Shown: piece after piece, positions 62,192 through 64,000 of the stretch
How positions within the stretch are numbered: the first letter of the stretch is position 1
Layout of the letters: each line of letters starts with the position of its first letter
Sequence record: MZ189261.1
Strand: one strand, 5' to 3'
Length of the DNA: 64,000 nt
Source: Escherichia phage S143_2
Notes under the pieces: model-generated
Databases searched by the model: none
The model's input: only the letters and a program-made list of their open reading frames with translations
Told to the model about the DNA's origin: nothing
Translations under genes and position numbers: made by a program

Positions 62192-62221
62192 ACTATATCA
62201 TAGTCCTACTTAGTTGTAAAC
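62192..62221 (-). promoter_or_regulatory. Early promoter (GTTTAC / TATAGT)
   Basis: Upstream of ORF 61902..62165; 7-bp arms TAGGACT/AGTCCTA flank -10. Confidence 0.45.
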
Positions 62222-62233
62222 ACTTTTATGAAA

Positions 62234-62791
62234 TTAAAGTTGAAGATACCACCCGTTGTAGTTGCTCTTGCGGACGATTTTCTTTAGGTCTTCATGGTCT
62301 CCCACGAACTTTATAGAATAAGAGAAGACGTCAGGTGAGGTTTCTTTGACATCTAATATAATAATGCAATCTGCGACTCGATGGTTCAAGAAGGGCCCTA
62401 TATTGATTCCATTACCACCCGGATAATCACCACTGTATCCTGTGGTAACCGAAATCCATTTAGAATCTATCTGGTGTGTCTTGACTTCTACACGAATTCC
62501 ACAATACTTGGGATGGGCTAACACGTCCCATGCATACGTGTACGGGTCTTCTACGTCTTCAATACCTTTATTAACATATCCGTCTAGCCAATTTGCTACT
62601 ACATACTCTGCAAAGACCGCAACCTTACAACGTCGAACTACGTCTTCTTTGTTTTGGCCAGGATTTTGGCTCAGGGAATACCGAGCAGTGTCAGCAATCT
62701 TCACCTTCATTTCACTAGTCAAAAACTCATTCGACAGGATAAATGTCGGAAGACTCTTCAGTCTCAACAATCCCAAGTTCGTCTTTACCAT
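62234..62791 (-). CDS. denB: Probable endonuclease IV (DenB); start uncertain
   Basis: Start at ATG 62791 (RBS GAGGT) gives 185 aa, the T4 DenB length; position before rIIB fits T4; sequence identity not verified. Confidence 0.45.
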   Translation of the reverse strand: MVKTNLGLLRLKSLPTFILSNEFLTSEMKVKIADTARYSLSQNPGQNKEDVVRRCKVAVFAEYVVANWLDGYVNKGIEDVEDPYTYAWDVLAHPKYCGIRVEVKTHQIDSKWISVTTGYSGDYPGGNGINIGPFLNHRVADCIIILDVKETSPDVFSYSIKFVGDHEDLKKIVRKSNYNGWYLQL

Positions 62792-63014
62792 AGATACCTC
62801 TGATGTGTAGTTCACCAAAATAAATGCGGTCACCTTCTTCAAGATATTCTGCATCTATAGGCGGAATTTCAATAACAACTTCGTCGCATTCTAACCAGCC
62901 GTAGTGTGCATCGCCAGGATGTTTTACCAATTTAGCACAATAAACTGATTTACACTTATGATGACCACGAAGATTAGCAATTTTGGATTCTGATACGTCA
63001 AATGGATGAATCAT
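62727..63014 (-). CDS. Hypothetical protein, 95 aa (denB.1 position)
   Basis: ORF between rIIB and the probable denB. Confidence 0.45.
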   Translation of the reverse strand: MIHPFDVSESKIANLRGHHKCKSVYCAKLVKHPGDAHYGWLECDEVVIEIPPIDAEYLEEGDRIYFGELHIRGIYGKDELGIVETEESSDIYPVE

Positions 63015-63027
63015 AATTACCCCTAAA

Positions 63028-63050
63028 GAAAAAAGGGGACCGAAGTCCCC
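63028..63050 (-). terminator. Terminator after rIIB
   Basis: GGGGAC-UUCG-GUCCCC on - strand RNA followed by U6. Confidence 0.6.
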
Positions 63051-63055
63051 AATTA

Positions 63056-63991
63056 TTATTCTGCAAATAATTCAGTAACGTCTGAAATTACTTCATAACG
63101 ACAAGTACGCATCTTAGCATCACCATAGTCAACTGGGATAGATACAACATCACGTGGATGAACTTTAACCTTAACAACTTTATCTGAGCTAGAACTAAAG
63201 TAACGAATATATGATTTAGCACAAACATGTAGACCACGGGAACAAGTTTGTGTATCATCATCGTTAACACGAGTACGAGGCATTGAAACAACTTTACCAG
63301 GCGAGTTATCAAATGTGCCACTATAACAGTCTAAATAGTCCTTACGAACTACTTTCCACGCATAGAAATGCCCGTCTTCAGTGATTTCAATATCGTTTGC
63401 AACCAAGAAGTCGAATAAACGTTGTACAGCTTTTTCGCTTGGGTTTTCTAACAGGTTTTCAAGGAACGGCAGATAGAATTTAAAGTCTTCGCCTTTTTCC
63501 ATTGAATCAATAATACGGTTAACCAGCCCTGAACGAATCTCTATACCTTGATAAAATAAACTACCACCTTCAATAGTAACATTACCGTCAACAAACTTAG
63601 TAATAGCTTTCTTGATGTTAATAAGTTCGACAGCTTTACTAAGGTTTCCTGCGACCAAATTGGCTTTAATTTCTTCAAAATTTGCATGACTTGTTGGGGT
63701 CGCATTGTATGCTACGCGTCCTTCAATGATTGAAATAAATTTAGATGACGCGTTCCATACGATTTCTGGACGATGACCTATAATAATAGGGTCATTATTT
63801 TCTGGGACCTGTTCTTCGTCTTCAAATTCAGCTGCTTTCTCTTCAGCTTTAAAATTCTTAACAATCTTACGAAGAGTATCTGTTGAAATGTCAAAGTAAT
63901 CGGCAATTTCTTTACGGGTCCATTTGCCTGATTTGACCAGGTCGTAAGCTTCTAACTGTTCTTCTTGGGACAAGCATTTGATATTGTACAT
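63056..63991 (-). CDS. rIIB: rIIB protein
   Basis: 311 aa (T4 rIIB 312 aa); N-terminus MYNIKCL and C-terminal block TQTCSRGLHVC.KSYI...KVVKVKVHPRDVVSIP match T4 rIIB as remembered. Confidence 0.85.
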   Translation of the reverse strand: MYNIKCLSQEEQLEAYDLVKSGKWTRKEIADYFDISTDTLRKIVKNFKAEEKAAEFEDEEQVPENNDPIIIGHRPEIVWNASSKFISIIEGRVAYNATPTSHANFEEIKANLVAGNLSKAVELINIKKAITKFVDGNVTIEGGSLFYQGIEIRSGLVNRIIDSMEKGEDFKFYLPFLENLLENPSEKAVQRLFDFLVANDIEITEDGHFYAWKVVRKDYLDCYSGTFDNSPGKVVSMPRTRVNDDDTQTCSRGLHVCAKSYIRYFSSSSDKVVKVKVHPRDVVSIPVDYGDAKMRTCRYEVISDVTELFAE

Positions 63992-64000
63992 AATGTTTCC

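Overview
The window is a contiguous segment of a T4-like (Tevenvirinae, Tequatrovirus-type) myophage genome; most proteins are recognisably close to their T4 counterparts and gene order is almost perfectly syntenic with T4 from gene 20 to rIIB. Late structural genes are on the + strand: portal gene 20 (5'-truncated by the window edge), head genes 67-68-21-22-23-24, uvsW, baseplate genes 51-27-28-29-48-54, long tail fibre operon 34-35-36-37-38 and holin t. Early/middle genes are on the - strand: rnlB, hoc, inh, uvsY, 25-26, alt, DNA ligase 30, rIII, 31, cd, pseT, a spanin pair, rnlA, denA, nrdB, nrdA, td, frd, 32, 59, 33, dsbA, rnh, asiA, motA, 52, ndd, a probable denB and rIIB. No tRNA, rRNA, CRISPR array, integrase or transposase was seen. 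The clearest departure from the canonical T4 gene set is an intact class I DAHP synthase (AroG/AroF/AroH-like, 330 aa) translationally coupled to dCMP deaminase, i.e. a shikimate-pathway auxiliary metabolic gene. Other points of interest are a HAD-like/NADAR-like gene pair upstream of ligase and alt, an antisense early ORF between capsid genes 23 and 24, absence of introns and homing endonucleases, early promoters whose -10 box is centred in an inverted repeat (with compensatory changes between two copies), many CUUCGG-type hairpins, and a split Shine-Dalgarno/hairpin arrangement in front of gene 38. All homology statements come from reading the translations against remembered T4 protein sequences and family motifs; no database search was run.
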